A stretch of DNA of 64,000 nucleotides from an uncultured delta proteobacterium (GTDB lineage: Bacteria > Desulfobacterota > Binatia > DP-6), in contig CAWFFN010000008.1 of the NCBI GenBank assembly GCA_963815115.1, positions 192,001-256,000 of the forward strand. Reading direction: 5' to 3'. Below the pieces are notes generated by a model that made no database searches, had not been told where the DNA came from, and worked only from the letters and a program-made list of their open reading frames with translations. This document shows positions 50,487 through 60,430 of this stretch, in pieces; positions within the stretch are counted from its first letter, which is position 1, and every line of letters begins with the position of its first letter. A program made the position numbers and the translations under genes.

Positions 50487-52228
50487 ATCGCCTCCAGCTC
50501 GCCCTCGAGCGACTGCTGGCGGAAGAGATCGGCGTAGGCTCCGCCGCGCGCGAGCAGTGATTCGTGATCGCCGAGCTCGGCGACGCGGCCCTCGTCCAGC
50601 ACCACGATCACGTCGGCCTCCTTCACGGTCGTCAGGCGATGCGCCACGAGAATGGTGGTCCGCTCGTGCAGGAAGCCATGGAGTCGATCCAGGATCTCCC
50701 GCTCGGTGGCGGCGTCCACGCTGGACAGGGCGTCGTCGAGCACCAGCACGCGCGGGGCGGCGGCAAGCACCCTGGCCAGGGTGACCCGCTGCTTCTGGCC
50801 GCCGGAGAGCGTGATGCCGCGCTCCCCCACCACGGTCTCGAGGCCGCGCGGCATGTCGGCGATGTCGCGGCCGAGGCCTGCCGCCCCCACGGCCCAGCTC
50901 ACATCGCCGTCCCCGTCGTCGTCGCCGTCCAGGGCGAGGGCCACGTTCTCGCGGATGGTGCGCGAGAACAAGAACGGGTCCTGCGGCACCAGGCCGACGT
51001 GCCGGCGGAGCCACCCGAGCGGCAGGCTCCGGACGTCGCGGCCGTCGAGCAGGACGCTGCCCGCTTCGACGTCGAAGAGCCGCGGCAGGAGCTGCACCAG
51101 GGTGCTCTTGCCGGCGCCCGTCCGTCCCACGATGGCCACCGTGCGCCCGGCCGGGATGGTGAGATCGATCCCGTCGAGCGCGGGCGGCCCGTCGCGCCGG
51201 CCGGGGTAGCGAAAGGTCACGCCGCGGAGCGCGATCTCACCGCGGAACGGGTCCACTCCCTCGGCACCCGGCGGGCTCGTGATCGCCGGCTCGACGGCGA
51301 ACAGCGCGTTCAGCCGGGCGAGCGCGGCGCGGCCGCGCTGGAGCACGGACAGCATCCAGCCGAGCGCCATGGTGGGCCAGGCCAGCAGATGGAGGTAGCC
51401 GATGAACGCCACCAGGTCGCCGACCGACAGCCGGCCTTCCACCACGTGGCGGCCGCCCAGCCACAGCACCACGAGGGAGCCCACCCCGCCGACGACGTTC
51501 ATCACCGGTCCGATGAAGCCGCGCACCCGCGCCAGGCGGAGATTGGCGTCCTGGAAGCGCGCGTTGAGCCCGGCGAACGCGGCGATCTCGTGCTCCTCGC
51601 AGGCGTAGGCCTTCACGACGTGGATGCCGGCGAGGTTCTGCTGCACGCGGCTCGAGAGCTCGCCCAGCCCCTCCTGGACCCGCAGGGTGCGCTCCATCAG
51701 GAGGCGGCTGGAGCGTTTCACGAACAGCAGCGCCAGCGGGTAGACCGCCAGGGCCGCCAGCGTGAGCCGCACGTCGAGCGACAGCATGATGGCGAGGCCG
51801 TACACGTAGTACACGGGGGTGTTGATGAAGTTGAGGATGCCGGGCCCGAGCAGCATGCGGACCGCGCCGACGTCGTTCACCAGCCGGGACATGAGATCGC
51901 CGGTGCGCCAGGTCTGGTAGAAGCCGAGCGGCAGCGTCTCCAGGTGCCTGAACAGGTCGTTGCGCAGGTCGTACTCGATGTCGCGACCCACGTTGAAGAT
52001 GACGAAGCGCGACACCGTGCGCACGACCGCCTGCGCGCTCGCGATGCCGACGATGAGGGCGAGCGTGGGCGCGAGCGCGGCCGGCGTCCGGCCGGCGGCG
52101 ATGCCGTCGACGACGGACTTCAAGAGCCAGGGCACCGTCATGGTGAGGCTGGTCGCCCCGACCAGGCACACGATGCCGCCCACCAGCCGGAGGCGATAGC
52201 GGGCGAGGTACCCCCACAGACGGGCCAT
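50483..52228 (-). CDS. ABC exporter, permease/ATPase fusion (likely heterodimer partner)
   Basis: GRTGAGKS, LSGGQKQR, degenerate Walker B LDDALS. Confidence 0.94.
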   Translation of the reverse strand: MARLWGYLARYRLRLVGGIVCLVGATSLTMTVPWLLKSVVDGIAAGRTPAALAPTLALIVGIASAQAVVRTVSRFVIFNVGRDIEYDLRNDLFRHLETLPLGFYQTWRTGDLMSRLVNDVGAVRMLLGPGILNFINTPVYYVYGLAIMLSLDVRLTLAALAVYPLALLFVKRSSRLLMERTLRVQEGLGELSSRVQQNLAGIHVVKAYACEEHEIAAFAGLNARFQDANLRLARVRGFIGPVMNVVGGVGSLVVLWLGGRHVVEGRLSVGDLVAFIGYLHLLAWPTMALGWMLSVLQRGRAALARLNALFAVEPAITSPPGAEGVDPFRGEIALRGVTFRYPGRRDGPPALDGIDLTIPAGRTVAIVGRTGAGKSTLVQLLPRLFDVEAGSVLLDGRDVRSLPLGWLRRHVGLVPQDPFLFSRTIRENVALALDGDDDGDGDVSWAVGAAGLGRDIADMPRGLETVVGERGITLSGGQKQRVTLARVLAAAPRVLVLDDALSSVDAATEREILDRLHGFLHERTTILVAHRLTTVKEADVIVVLDEGRVAELGDHESLLARGGAYADLFRQQSLEGELEAI

Positions 52229-52268
52229 CCGATCCTTGTAGCGACGCGTCGCCAGCCGACGCAACGAG

Positions 52269-52303
52269 GAGTCCGACCCGAGACTCCGTCTCGGGTCGGA
52301 CTC
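52269..52303. terminator. Perfect 16-bp-stem hairpin
   Basis: GAGTCCGACCCGAGAC-TCC-GTCTCGGGTCGGACTC directly after the GT2 stop; no U tract. Confidence 0.6.
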
Positions 52304-53719
52304 TCAGCGCGCGCGCGCCACGGCGAGCAGCGACATCCCGACCGGCGGACCGAAGCGCCGCTCGAGGCGCAGCCACGGCACCAGGAAGTCGTTGAGGCGC
52401 GCCTGGATGCCCGGGACCGCCTTGCGCTTCAGCACGCGGGCGTTCAGGAACCAGCCCGGTACGCCCAGCATGTTGAAGTAGCTCAGGTGCTCGACGGCGA
52501 GCCCCGCGCCCTCGAGCTTGCGCATGAGATCCTCGCGCGAGTAGCGCCGGTAGTGGTGGATCGCCCGGTCGATCGACCCGTAGAGCGCCTGCAGCGCCGG
52601 CACGATGAGGATGACGCGCCCGCCGGGCACGAGGACCTCGCGCATGGCACCGAGCGCGGCGCGGTCGTCCTCGATGTGCTCGAGCACGTTCGAGCACACC
52701 ACGGTATCGAAGTGGTCGCGGGGAATGTGGTCCTCCGCCAGGCGGGCCAGGTCGAGCGTTCGGATCTCGACGTTCGGGCTGTCCGCGAAGGTGCGGCGCA
52801 GGAGCTCGACGTACTCGGAATCGAGCTCGGTGGCGAGGACGCGCTCGCGCGTGGACAGGAAGCGCGTCAGCAACCCCGTCCCGGCGCCGACCTCGAGGAC
52901 GGTGCGGCCGATGAAGGGCTTCATCAGATCCCAGAGGAAGCCGTTGTAGCGACGCAGCACCTCGACCCGCCGCAGCGTGGTGTACCCGGCGTCGTCGCGC
53001 CCCACGTCGTGCGCGACGGCGAAGCGCAGGATCGTCCACACCGCGGCGACCGCGTCGCGCCAGCTGATCTTCTTGCCCTCGGCGTACACGCGGCCGTGAT
53101 ACGAGATGGGGATCTCGTAGATGCGGCAGCGGAGATGGGCCACCTTCGCGGTGAGCTCCGGCTCGAGGCCGAAGCGGTTGGAGCGCAGCGGGATGCGGCG
53201 CAGGATGTCGGCCCGGAACGCCTTGTAGCACGTCTCCATGTCGGTGAGGTTCAGGTTGGTGCACATGTTCGACAGGAGCGTGAGAAACCGGTTGCCCACG
53301 GTGTGCCAGAACAGCAGGACGCGGCGCGGGCCGCCGGAGAAGCGCGAGCCGTAGACCACGTCCGCGTCGCCCTCCAGGATGGGAGCGATGAGCCGCGAGT
53401 ACTCGCGCGGATCGTACTCGAGATCGGCGTCCTGGATGACCGCGATGTCGCCCGTCATGTGCGCGATCGCCGTGCGCACCGCGGCGCCCTTGCCCTGGTT
53501 GTGCTGGTGGCGCACGACGACGAGCCGGAAGTCGGGGGAGTCCGGCACGCTCGCCCGGTAGTCCTCGAGGATCTGCGCCGAGCCGTCGGTCGAGCAGTCG
53601 TCGACGACGACGACCTCCTTGCTGATCGGGACGGCGCGCACCCGCTCGAGCAGCACGCGCACCGTGCCCGCCTCGTTGTAGACCGGCACCAGGACGGAGA
53701 GGCGGCTGGGCACCGACAT
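52304..53719 (-). CDS. GT2 (DPM1-like) glycosyltransferase fused to a SAM methyltransferase
   Basis: VPVYNE, DDCSTDGS, QDADLEYDP, DMETCYK; LEVGAGTG, NVLEHIED. Confidence 0.93.
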   Translation of the reverse strand: MSVPSRLSVLVPVYNEAGTVRVLLERVRAVPISKEVVVVDDCSTDGSAQILEDYRASVPDSPDFRLVVVRHQHNQGKGAAVRTAIAHMTGDIAVIQDADLEYDPREYSRLIAPILEGDADVVYGSRFSGGPRRVLLFWHTVGNRFLTLLSNMCTNLNLTDMETCYKAFRADILRRIPLRSNRFGLEPELTAKVAHLRCRIYEIPISYHGRVYAEGKKISWRDAVAAVWTILRFAVAHDVGRDDAGYTTLRRVEVLRRYNGFLWDLMKPFIGRTVLEVGAGTGLLTRFLSTRERVLATELDSEYVELLRRTFADSPNVEIRTLDLARLAEDHIPRDHFDTVVCSNVLEHIEDDRAALGAMREVLVPGGRVILIVPALQALYGSIDRAIHHYRRYSREDLMRKLEGAGLAVEHLSYFNMLGVPGWFLNARVLKRKAVPGIQARLNDFLVPWLRLERRFGPPVGMSLLAVARAR

Positions 53720-53819
53720 CGAGGACGCGATTGTCGCAGGCGCTCGACGAGACCTCAAGGACGCCGTCCGGCGGGTCCTTGCCTTGACGGACGCCGGGGT
53801 GGTCGAATAATTCGGCCGC

Positions 53820-54443
53820 ATGCGAGCGTCGGCTCCGGGGTTCCTCGTCGCGCGCGCGATCGGTGGCGTGCTGCCGGCGCTCGTGCTGGCGGCCATCGTC
53901 GCCGGCGGCGTCGGATGCATCACGGTCGACGGGACCCTCGAGGCCGACGGCAGCGCGAACGTGTCCCTGTCGTATACCGTGCCGCCAGGCACCACCGAGG
54001 TCTCGCAGCGCTACGTCCTCACGGCGCCGGGCGTGACCATCCAGTCGCTCACCGTGGCGCCCGATCACGTCGTGTCGGCGCGCCTGCATCTCGACGACCC
54101 GAGCGCCCTCTCGAAGACCAACCTCTTCAAGGACGTGAAGATCAGCCGCCGCACCGAGGGGAAGGACCGCGTCCTCGCGATCGAGGTCACGACGATCGAC
54201 AAGCCCGTCGACAACAAGAAGCTCCCCGGGCCGAAGATCAACCTCACCCTGCCGGGCAAGGTGCTCGAGGCCAGCGAGCACGGCGCCGTCGACGGCGCGC
54301 ACGTGCACTGGGAGTTCACGCTGGCAGACTTCCTCGCGCGCAAGACGTGGAACCTGACGACGCGCTACGAGACCCCCGCCGCTCCCTCCGGCGCCGTCGC
54401 CCCACCGGCGACCACATCCACGACGGTCCCGAAGGCAGACTGA
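53820..54443 (+). CDS. Putative lipoprotein
   Basis: VGC lipobox; DGTLEADGS, LTLPGKV. Confidence 0.7.
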   Translation: MRASAPGFLVARAIGGVLPALVLAAIVAGGVGCITVDGTLEADGSANVSLSYTVPPGTTEVSQRYVLTAPGVTIQSLTVAPDHVVSARLHLDDPSALSKTNLFKDVKISRRTEGKDRVLAIEVTTIDKPVDNKKLPGPKINLTLPGKVLEASEHGAVDGAHVHWEFTLADFLARKTWNLTTRYETPAAPSGAVAPPATTSTTVPKAD

Positions 54444-54484
54444 CGCAGGCGGCGGCCGGCCCCGCCGGGCGCGCCGAGGGAGCC

Positions 54485-55315
54485 ATGAGCTTCAAACAGT
54501 TTCTCCGCAAAGAGATCACCCCCGGCCTCGACGAGACCTACACCGAGGAGCACTGGGCGAAGGGCGCGCCCGGCCGGGCGTACTACGACATCCATCTCTC
54601 GACCATCGAGCAGCACGAGATGGCGACGCCGATCTTCCGGGAGTTCCTCGGTCGCGGCGGACTCCGCGTGCTCGAGTCGGGCTGCGGCACGGGCCGCTGG
54701 ATGGCGCTCTTCGAGAAGCTGGGCAACCGCGCCTACGGTGTCGACGACAGCCCGGGGCCGCTGCGGGTGGCGCGCGAGCACGACCCCGACATGCTGCTGG
54801 TGCGCGCCAATGCGCTGCACACGCCCTATCGCGATGGCAGCTTCGACGCGGCGTTCTCGTCGTACGTCGCCGAGCACTTCGAGGAGGGGCCCGAGCCGCT
54901 CTTTCGCGAGATCCACCGCGTGCTCAAGCCGGGCGGGCTCTTCTTCGTCGTGGTGCCCTTCAACAACACCTTCCGCCGCCTGATCGTGAACCCCGCGTTG
55001 CGCGCCTTCTACGCACTGTGGGCACTGCGCGGCCGGGAGCTCGGGTTCACCGAGTTCCGCTACACGCAAGCGGAGATGGACGGCTTCCTGCGCGCCACCG
55101 ACTTCGAGATCGTGCGCATCGCGCCCGACGACTACTACCTTCCCTGGTCGAAGGGCCTCTTCGTCGACCTGTGCGACGTCGGGTCCTTCGTGCACTTCGA
55201 GCACAAGCCGCCGTACGAGTTCGGACGCAGGGGCCAGGCGGTGATCCGGCTCATCCAGAGGGTCGGGCTGTGGCACTCGTGCGCCGGGATCTTCTACGTG
55301 GCACGGCGCAAGTGA
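54485..55315 (+). CDS. Class I SAM-dependent methyltransferase
   Basis: VLESGCGTG, VAEHF, RVLKPGG. Confidence 0.9.
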   Translation: MSFKQFLRKEITPGLDETYTEEHWAKGAPGRAYYDIHLSTIEQHEMATPIFREFLGRGGLRVLESGCGTGRWMALFEKLGNRAYGVDDSPGPLRVAREHDPDMLLVRANALHTPYRDGSFDAAFSSYVAEHFEEGPEPLFREIHRVLKPGGLFFVVVPFNNTFRRLIVNPALRAFYALWALRGRELGFTEFRYTQAEMDGFLRATDFEIVRIAPDDYYLPWSKGLFVDLCDVGSFVHFEHKPPYEFGRRGQAVIRLIQRVGLWHSCAGIFYVARRK

Positions 55316-56508
55316 ACCCCGATCCCTCTCGACGGAGCGATCAGGGCGTCGAGGGCGATCACGCACCCCCGGCGGCCCCTGCCCCGATCGGTCACCTCGG
55401 CGAGCTCGACGCGTTGCGCGGCGTCGCCATCCTCCTGGTCTTTCTCTACCACTGCGACAGCGTCGTGCGGCCGGAGGCGCACGGCGCCGGACCCTTCTTC
55501 GCCTTCGTGCGCGCGGGCCACACCGGCGTCGCGCTCTTCTTCGTCCTGAGCGGCTTCCTGCTCTCCCTGCCCTTCCTCGCCGAGGCGAACGGCGGGCGCC
55601 ACGTGCGGCGGCGGGAGTACTTCCTCCGTCGGGCGATGCGCATCCTCCCCATGTACTATCTCGCCCTGCTCGTGGCGCTCTGGTTCCTGCACCCGGTCTC
55701 GGCGTGGGCGTCGATGGGGTGGCCCTTCCTGGTGTTCCTGAATCCGCTGGCCGGTCCCTTCGCGCTGTGGCCGTTCAGCATCGGGTGGTGGAGCCTCTCC
55801 ACCGAGGTGCAGTTCTACCTCGTCCTGCCCCTGCTCCCGTTCCTCGCCCGCACCCGGCCGCGGGCGGCACTCGCGCTCGGCGCCTGCGCGCTGGCCTACG
55901 GCCTGTTCCTCGCACGTGTGATCAGGGGGCCGACGATCAACCTCGACGTCTACCTGCACTACAGCCTCTTCGGCCGGGCGCCGCTCTTCCTGAGCGGCAT
56001 CGCCGCGGCGTGGCTGTGGCGGCGCTGGGGGGCCGCGCTTCGCCGTCGCCTGGCCGCCCCGGGGTGGCTGGCGCGCGGCGGGGCGGACGTGCTCCTGCTC
56101 CTGGCGATCGTCGCCCTGTCGTGCATCCTCCAGTGGGTCGCCTGGGTCGGCTTCTGGGAGGCGGAGCGCCGTCCCTACCACGTCTGGCACGTCTTCGAGG
56201 GCCTCCTCTGGGCGAGCGTGCTGCTGTGCCTGCTGATCGCCCCGTTACGCAGCAAGCGGCTCCTCGTGAATCCCGTCCTCGTGTGGATCGGCCTGGTGTC
56301 GTACTCGCTCTTCCTGGTGCACGTGCCGGTGGTGACCTTGACGCTGCACGTCCTGCAGGGCGCTCACCCCGATCACTTCACGCGCTGGAACGCGGAGACC
56401 GTGGCCGTCTGCGCCGCCCTCCTCGCCGTCTGCCTCGTGCTCTCGACCCTGACGTACTGGGCCGTCGAGCGTCCGTTCTTGCGCCGGAAGGCCCGGCTGG
56501 CGCGCTGA
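55312..56508 (+). CDS. Acyltransferase-3 (OafA-like)
   Basis: LDALRGVA, GVALFFVLSGFL, WSLSTEVQFY, SYSLFLVH, VERPF. Confidence 0.94.
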   Translation: MNPDPSRRSDQGVEGDHAPPAAPAPIGHLGELDALRGVAILLVFLYHCDSVVRPEAHGAGPFFAFVRAGHTGVALFFVLSGFLLSLPFLAEANGGRHVRRREYFLRRAMRILPMYYLALLVALWFLHPVSAWASMGWPFLVFLNPLAGPFALWPFSIGWWSLSTEVQFYLVLPLLPFLARTRPRAALALGACALAYGLFLARVIRGPTINLDVYLHYSLFGRAPLFLSGIAAAWLWRRWGAALRRRLAAPGWLARGGADVLLLLAIVALSCILQWVAWVGFWEAERRPYHVWHVFEGLLWASVLLCLLIAPLRSKRLLVNPVLVWIGLVSYSLFLVHVPVVTLTLHVLQGAHPDHFTRWNAETVAVCAALLAVCLVLSTLTYWAVERPFLRRKARLAR

Positions 56509-56518
56509 TGGCCGCGCG

Positions 56519-57193
56519 TCAGGGCCGTGCGGCGACGAGAAACATCTGCTTGCCGAACACGAGGTGGAGCGGCCGGCAGCGGAGATAGATCCGCAGGAGG
56601 AGCGGCGAGCGCGGCATGCGCGACTTCACCGTGTAGGGCAGGAAGCGCGGGCGCACGTGCTCGACGCGCAGGCCCGAGAGCTCGAGCGCCTCGACCATCG
56701 AGCGGTCGCTCAGCGGCAGGTGATGATCGAGGTAGTCCCAGTACTCGCGGTACGCGAAACGGATGTTCGGCTGCAGGATCAGCATGCGGCCGCCCGGACG
56801 CAGCACGCGCCCCACCTCGGCCAGGGCCGCCAGCAGATCTTCCGTGGAGCGGAAGTGCTCGAAGACGTTGCTGGCGAAGACGACGTCGACGCTGCTCGCG
56901 GCGAGCCACCCCAGGTCGTGCGCGGGCCCGCAGTGGGTCTGCACGCCCGGCGCGGCCCGGCGCGCGAGCTGCGGGTCGCTGTCCACGGCCCAGCGCTCGC
57001 GGGCGCGGATGTGATTGACGAACTCGCACATCCCGGCGCCGAGGTCGACGAGACACGCGTCCGCGGGCACCCAGCGCTGGAAGAAGTCCACGCACAGCAC
57101 GCGCCAGAGGGCGTCCTTGGCCTCGCGATCGGCGGCGCTGAAGCGGCGCTCGTACAGCTCGGAGATCGTCCCGCTGGAGGGCTCGGGTGTCAT
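56519..57193 (-). CDS. Class I SAM-dependent methyltransferase
   Basis: DLGAG, SNVFEHF, VLRPGG. Confidence 0.9.
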   Translation of the reverse strand: MTPEPSSGTISELYERRFSAADREAKDALWRVLCVDFFQRWVPADACLVDLGAGMCEFVNHIRARERWAVDSDPQLARRAAPGVQTHCGPAHDLGWLAASSVDVVFASNVFEHFRSTEDLLAALAEVGRVLRPGGRMLILQPNIRFAYREYWDYLDHHLPLSDRSMVEALELSGLRVEHVRPRFLPYTVKSRMPRSPLLLRIYLRCRPLHLVFGKQMFLVAARP

Positions 57194-57328
57194 GCGCAGC
57201 GCCCGTCGATCGTCGCCGACGACGGATCGGCCCGGACCCTAGGCGCGCGGACGCTGGAAGGCAAGACGGTGACGGCAGACGTGTTTGGTTGAATCCCCGT
57301 CCCGGCCACGGCTACCATCGCGCGGTTC

Positions 57329-58876
57329 ATGCCGAGCCCCGCCTCCGCCGCCCCGGAGCGCCGCCCCGGCGCTTCCGGGTCGTGGCACCCGCTCGTGCTC
57401 GTTCCGCTCGCCCTGGCCGCGTGGGTCTACCTGCCGATCACGCGGGTCTACTTCTTCGCCGACGATTTCATCCTGCTGGCCAGCATCGCCAGCGACCGCG
57501 TGGCGGCGTTCCTGCTCCGGCCCTTCGGCGGGCACAACTGCCTCGGCCGGAACGCCGTCTTCCTCGCCTCGTACCACATCCTCGGGCTGCGCGCGGATCT
57601 CTACTACTGGAGCGTGCTCCTCACGCACCTGCTGAACGTGGCGCTGCTCTTCGGCCTGCTGCGCGCGCTCAGCGCGAGCGCGCTCCTGGCGTGCTTCGGC
57701 GCCGCGCTGTGGGGCATGTCGCCGCTCCAGGCGGGCACGCTCGGCTGGTACTCCGTGTACGGACAGGTGCTGGCGGCGACCACCATGCTCCTGGTGCTGC
57801 ATGCGCTCGCCCGCCTCGCGGCCGCCGGCGCGCCGCTCGCAACCCGCACCGCGGGCGTCTGGTTCGCCCTGCTCCTCCTCGGCACGACCTTCTTCGGCGT
57901 CGGCCTCGGGGTCGCCCTGGTCTTTCCGTTCGTGCTCTTCCTCCTGCTTCCCGACTCGTGGCACCGACGCGGTCTGCGCGCCGCCTTCCTTTCCCTGCCC
58001 GCCGTCACCCTCGCCCTCTATTTCGGCCTGCGCTGGGTCGCCAACCGCGTCGAGCCGTTTCCGGTCGAGGAGATGGTGCACGAGGCGCTCAGCCATAGCG
58101 GGTTCGGTACCGTGCCACCGATGTGGATCCAGCTCCTGGGCTTCTCGATGGCCGGGACGGTCCTCGGCTTCTTCCTGCCGGGCAGCTATCCCGACGCCGC
58201 ATCCGTGGCCGCCATCCTCGCGTTCTGTGCGGGGCTGGGCGTCGCCGCCTGGCGGAGCGATTGGCCCGCACGCCGCGCGATGCTCGCCATGCTGGCGCTC
58301 GCAGGCGCCATCTACCTCGTCATCGCGCTCGGACGCGCCCACGCCTACCAGGCGTTTCACGTCTCCCCCGAGCAGGCCGCGGCCGTGTCGCGCTATCACT
58401 ACGCCGGCTCGCTCCCGGTGACCGTGCTGCTCTGTCTCGTCCTCCAGCAGCTCGGCCGGCTCGGCGGGTTGCGGGCCGTCCCGCGCGGGCTCGCCCTCGC
58501 CGTCGGACTCGGCGTCCTCGTCGTCGGCAACCGCCGCACCGGCGTCGCCATCGACCAGCGCTTCCCGTGCCGCGACTACTTCGCCCGCACCATGCAGGAG
58601 ACCTCGGCCGCGGTGGCGTCGCACCCGGAGGGCGCCACGGTGTATCTCGAGAATCTGGCCAGCCCGCGCTACCTCCTGGGACCCGCCATGCCGGATCGAC
58701 TCTTTCCCGGGCGCGCCGCGGTGTTCCTGCTCACGCACCGCACGGACACCCTCGACGGCCGGCGGGTGCGCTTCATCGAGCGCGATCCCGAGGTGATGGC
58801 CTGGTACCTCGACCGGCCCGAGACGCGCCTGGCGCAGCTCCTGGTGACGCCCGAGGACGCCGGCCGGCAGCCGTGA
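57329..58876 (+). CDS. Polytopic membrane protein, GT-C-like
   Basis: YFFADDF after first TM, many TMs, SRYHY. Confidence 0.75.
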   Translation: MPSPASAAPERRPGASGSWHPLVLVPLALAAWVYLPITRVYFFADDFILLASIASDRVAAFLLRPFGGHNCLGRNAVFLASYHILGLRADLYYWSVLLTHLLNVALLFGLLRALSASALLACFGAALWGMSPLQAGTLGWYSVYGQVLAATTMLLVLHALARLAAAGAPLATRTAGVWFALLLLGTTFFGVGLGVALVFPFVLFLLLPDSWHRRGLRAAFLSLPAVTLALYFGLRWVANRVEPFPVEEMVHEALSHSGFGTVPPMWIQLLGFSMAGTVLGFFLPGSYPDAASVAAILAFCAGLGVAAWRSDWPARRAMLAMLALAGAIYLVIALGRAHAYQAFHVSPEQAAAVSRYHYAGSLPVTVLLCLVLQQLGRLGGLRAVPRGLALAVGLGVLVVGNRRTGVAIDQRFPCRDYFARTMQETSAAVASHPEGATVYLENLASPRYLLGPAMPDRLFPGRAAVFLLTHRTDTLDGRRVRFIERDPEVMAWYLDRPETRLAQLLVTPEDAGRQP

Positions 58877-60387
58877 CGTCCGCTCGCATCCCGCTCTGGC
58901 ATCCGCTGATGCTGGTGCCGCTCGCGCTGTCCGCGTGGGTCTACTACCCGATCACGCGGGTCTATTTCTTCGCCGACGATCTCATCCACCTCCTCACCAT
59001 CGCGAACGACGGCCCGCTGGCGTTCGTGCTCAAGCCCTTCGGCGGCCACGCGCTGGTGGCCCGCAACCTCGCCTTCCTCGCCGCCTACGAGCTCTTCGGC
59101 CTGCGCTCCGAGGCCTACTACTGGACCGTGCTCCTCACCCACCTCCTCGACGTGGTGCTGCTGTTCGCCGCGCTCCACGCCCTCACCCGCAGCGCGCCGC
59201 TCGCCTGCTTCGGCGCCGCGCTCTGGGGCGCCTCGCCGCTCGCCGTCGGCACCATCGGCTGGTACTCGGTCTACGGCCAGACGATGGCCGCGACGGCCTT
59301 CCTCGTGGTGCTCGCCCAGCTCGCCCGCCGCGCCGCCGCCGACGCGCCTCTCACCACGCGGACGGCCGTCCTGTGGTACGCGCTCCTGCTCCTCGGGGTG
59401 GTGTGCTTCGGGACCGGGGTCGGCGTCGCCCTCGCCTTCCCGGCCGCGCTCTTCCTCCTGCTTCCCTCGGCCTGGCGCCGTCCCGGGCTGCGCGCCGCCT
59501 ATCTCGCCCTGCCCCTGGTCACTCTCGCCGTGTACTACGCTGCGCGCCGGCTCTACCTCCTGGTCGGCCCGCTGCCGATCGAGGAGGCGCTGCACGAGCA
59601 ATTCGCCCGCGATAGCGTGGCAATCCTCCTGCCCATGCTCGGCCACCTGCTCGGGTTCTCCGTCGCGGGCACGGTGCTCGGCTTCTTCCAGCCGGCGTAT
59701 CCCTCGCCCGCGTGCTGGGTGGCCGTCGGCGCGTTCTGCGCCGGCCTCGGGACGGTCGCCTGGCGCGGCGACGCCGCGGCGCGCCGCGCGGCGCTGGCCA
59801 TGGCCATCGTCGCCCTGACGACCTACCTCGTCATCGCGCTCGGCCGCGCGGCGGAGTACGCGGTCTGGAAGATCCCGGCGTGGGGTGCGGCGGGATACGC
59901 GCGCTACCACTACCTGACGACGATTCCGATGGTGGTGCTGCTCTGCCTCGCACTCCAGCAGGTCGGCCGGCTCGGCCGCCTGCGCGCGGTCCCCCCCTGG
60001 GCAGCGCTGATTGCCGGGCTCGGGCTGATCGTGGGCGGCCGGCTCGATTCGCGCTTCGCCATCGACGAGCACCCGCAGGCCCGCTACTGGGTCGCCCAGA
60101 CGCTGCGGGAGCTCCACGCCGACGTCGCCGCGCAGCCCGCCGGGAGCACCGTCTATCTGGAGAACCGGCAGTCGCCGGTGGTCGTCCTCGGGCCCGCGGT
60201 CCGCAACCTCGCGTTCCCGGGGCGCGCCGCGCTCTTCGCGATCACGCACCCGTCGGATGCGCTCGACGGGCGGCGGGTGCGATTCGTCGAGCCCGACGAC
60301 GCCGTGCGAGCCTACTATGCCGATCAGCTCGGCCGGCGGATGGCGCAGCTGCTCGTTGCCCCCGCCGACGTCCCGAAGCGGCCCTGA
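58873..60387 (+). CDS. Polytopic membrane protein, tandem paralogue of the upstream gene
   Basis: YPITRVYFFADD, PFGGH, GWYSVYGQ, FPGRAA, LDGRRVRF shared. Confidence 0.75.
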   Translation: MTSARIPLWHPLMLVPLALSAWVYYPITRVYFFADDLIHLLTIANDGPLAFVLKPFGGHALVARNLAFLAAYELFGLRSEAYYWTVLLTHLLDVVLLFAALHALTRSAPLACFGAALWGASPLAVGTIGWYSVYGQTMAATAFLVVLAQLARRAAADAPLTTRTAVLWYALLLLGVVCFGTGVGVALAFPAALFLLLPSAWRRPGLRAAYLALPLVTLAVYYAARRLYLLVGPLPIEEALHEQFARDSVAILLPMLGHLLGFSVAGTVLGFFQPAYPSPACWVAVGAFCAGLGTVAWRGDAAARRAALAMAIVALTTYLVIALGRAAEYAVWKIPAWGAAGYARYHYLTTIPMVVLLCLALQQVGRLGRLRAVPPWAALIAGLGLIVGGRLDSRFAIDEHPQARYWVAQTLRELHADVAAQPAGSTVYLENRQSPVVVLGPAVRNLAFPGRAALFAITHPSDALDGRRVRFVEPDDAVRAYYADQLGRRMAQLLVAPADVPKRP

Positions 60388-60430
60388 TCGCGGTCGTCCG
60401 CCGTTGACAGCCCGGAAGGCGCCCGCCTAG

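Noticed and set aside
50564-55315. Very long ORFs such as the 1583-aa one, also 11449-14295, 15909-18875, 16904-20068 and 23225-25948
   Set aside because: Shadow frames of real genes in high-GC DNA; only the terminal parts of 50564-55315 and 11449-14295 are genuine genes.
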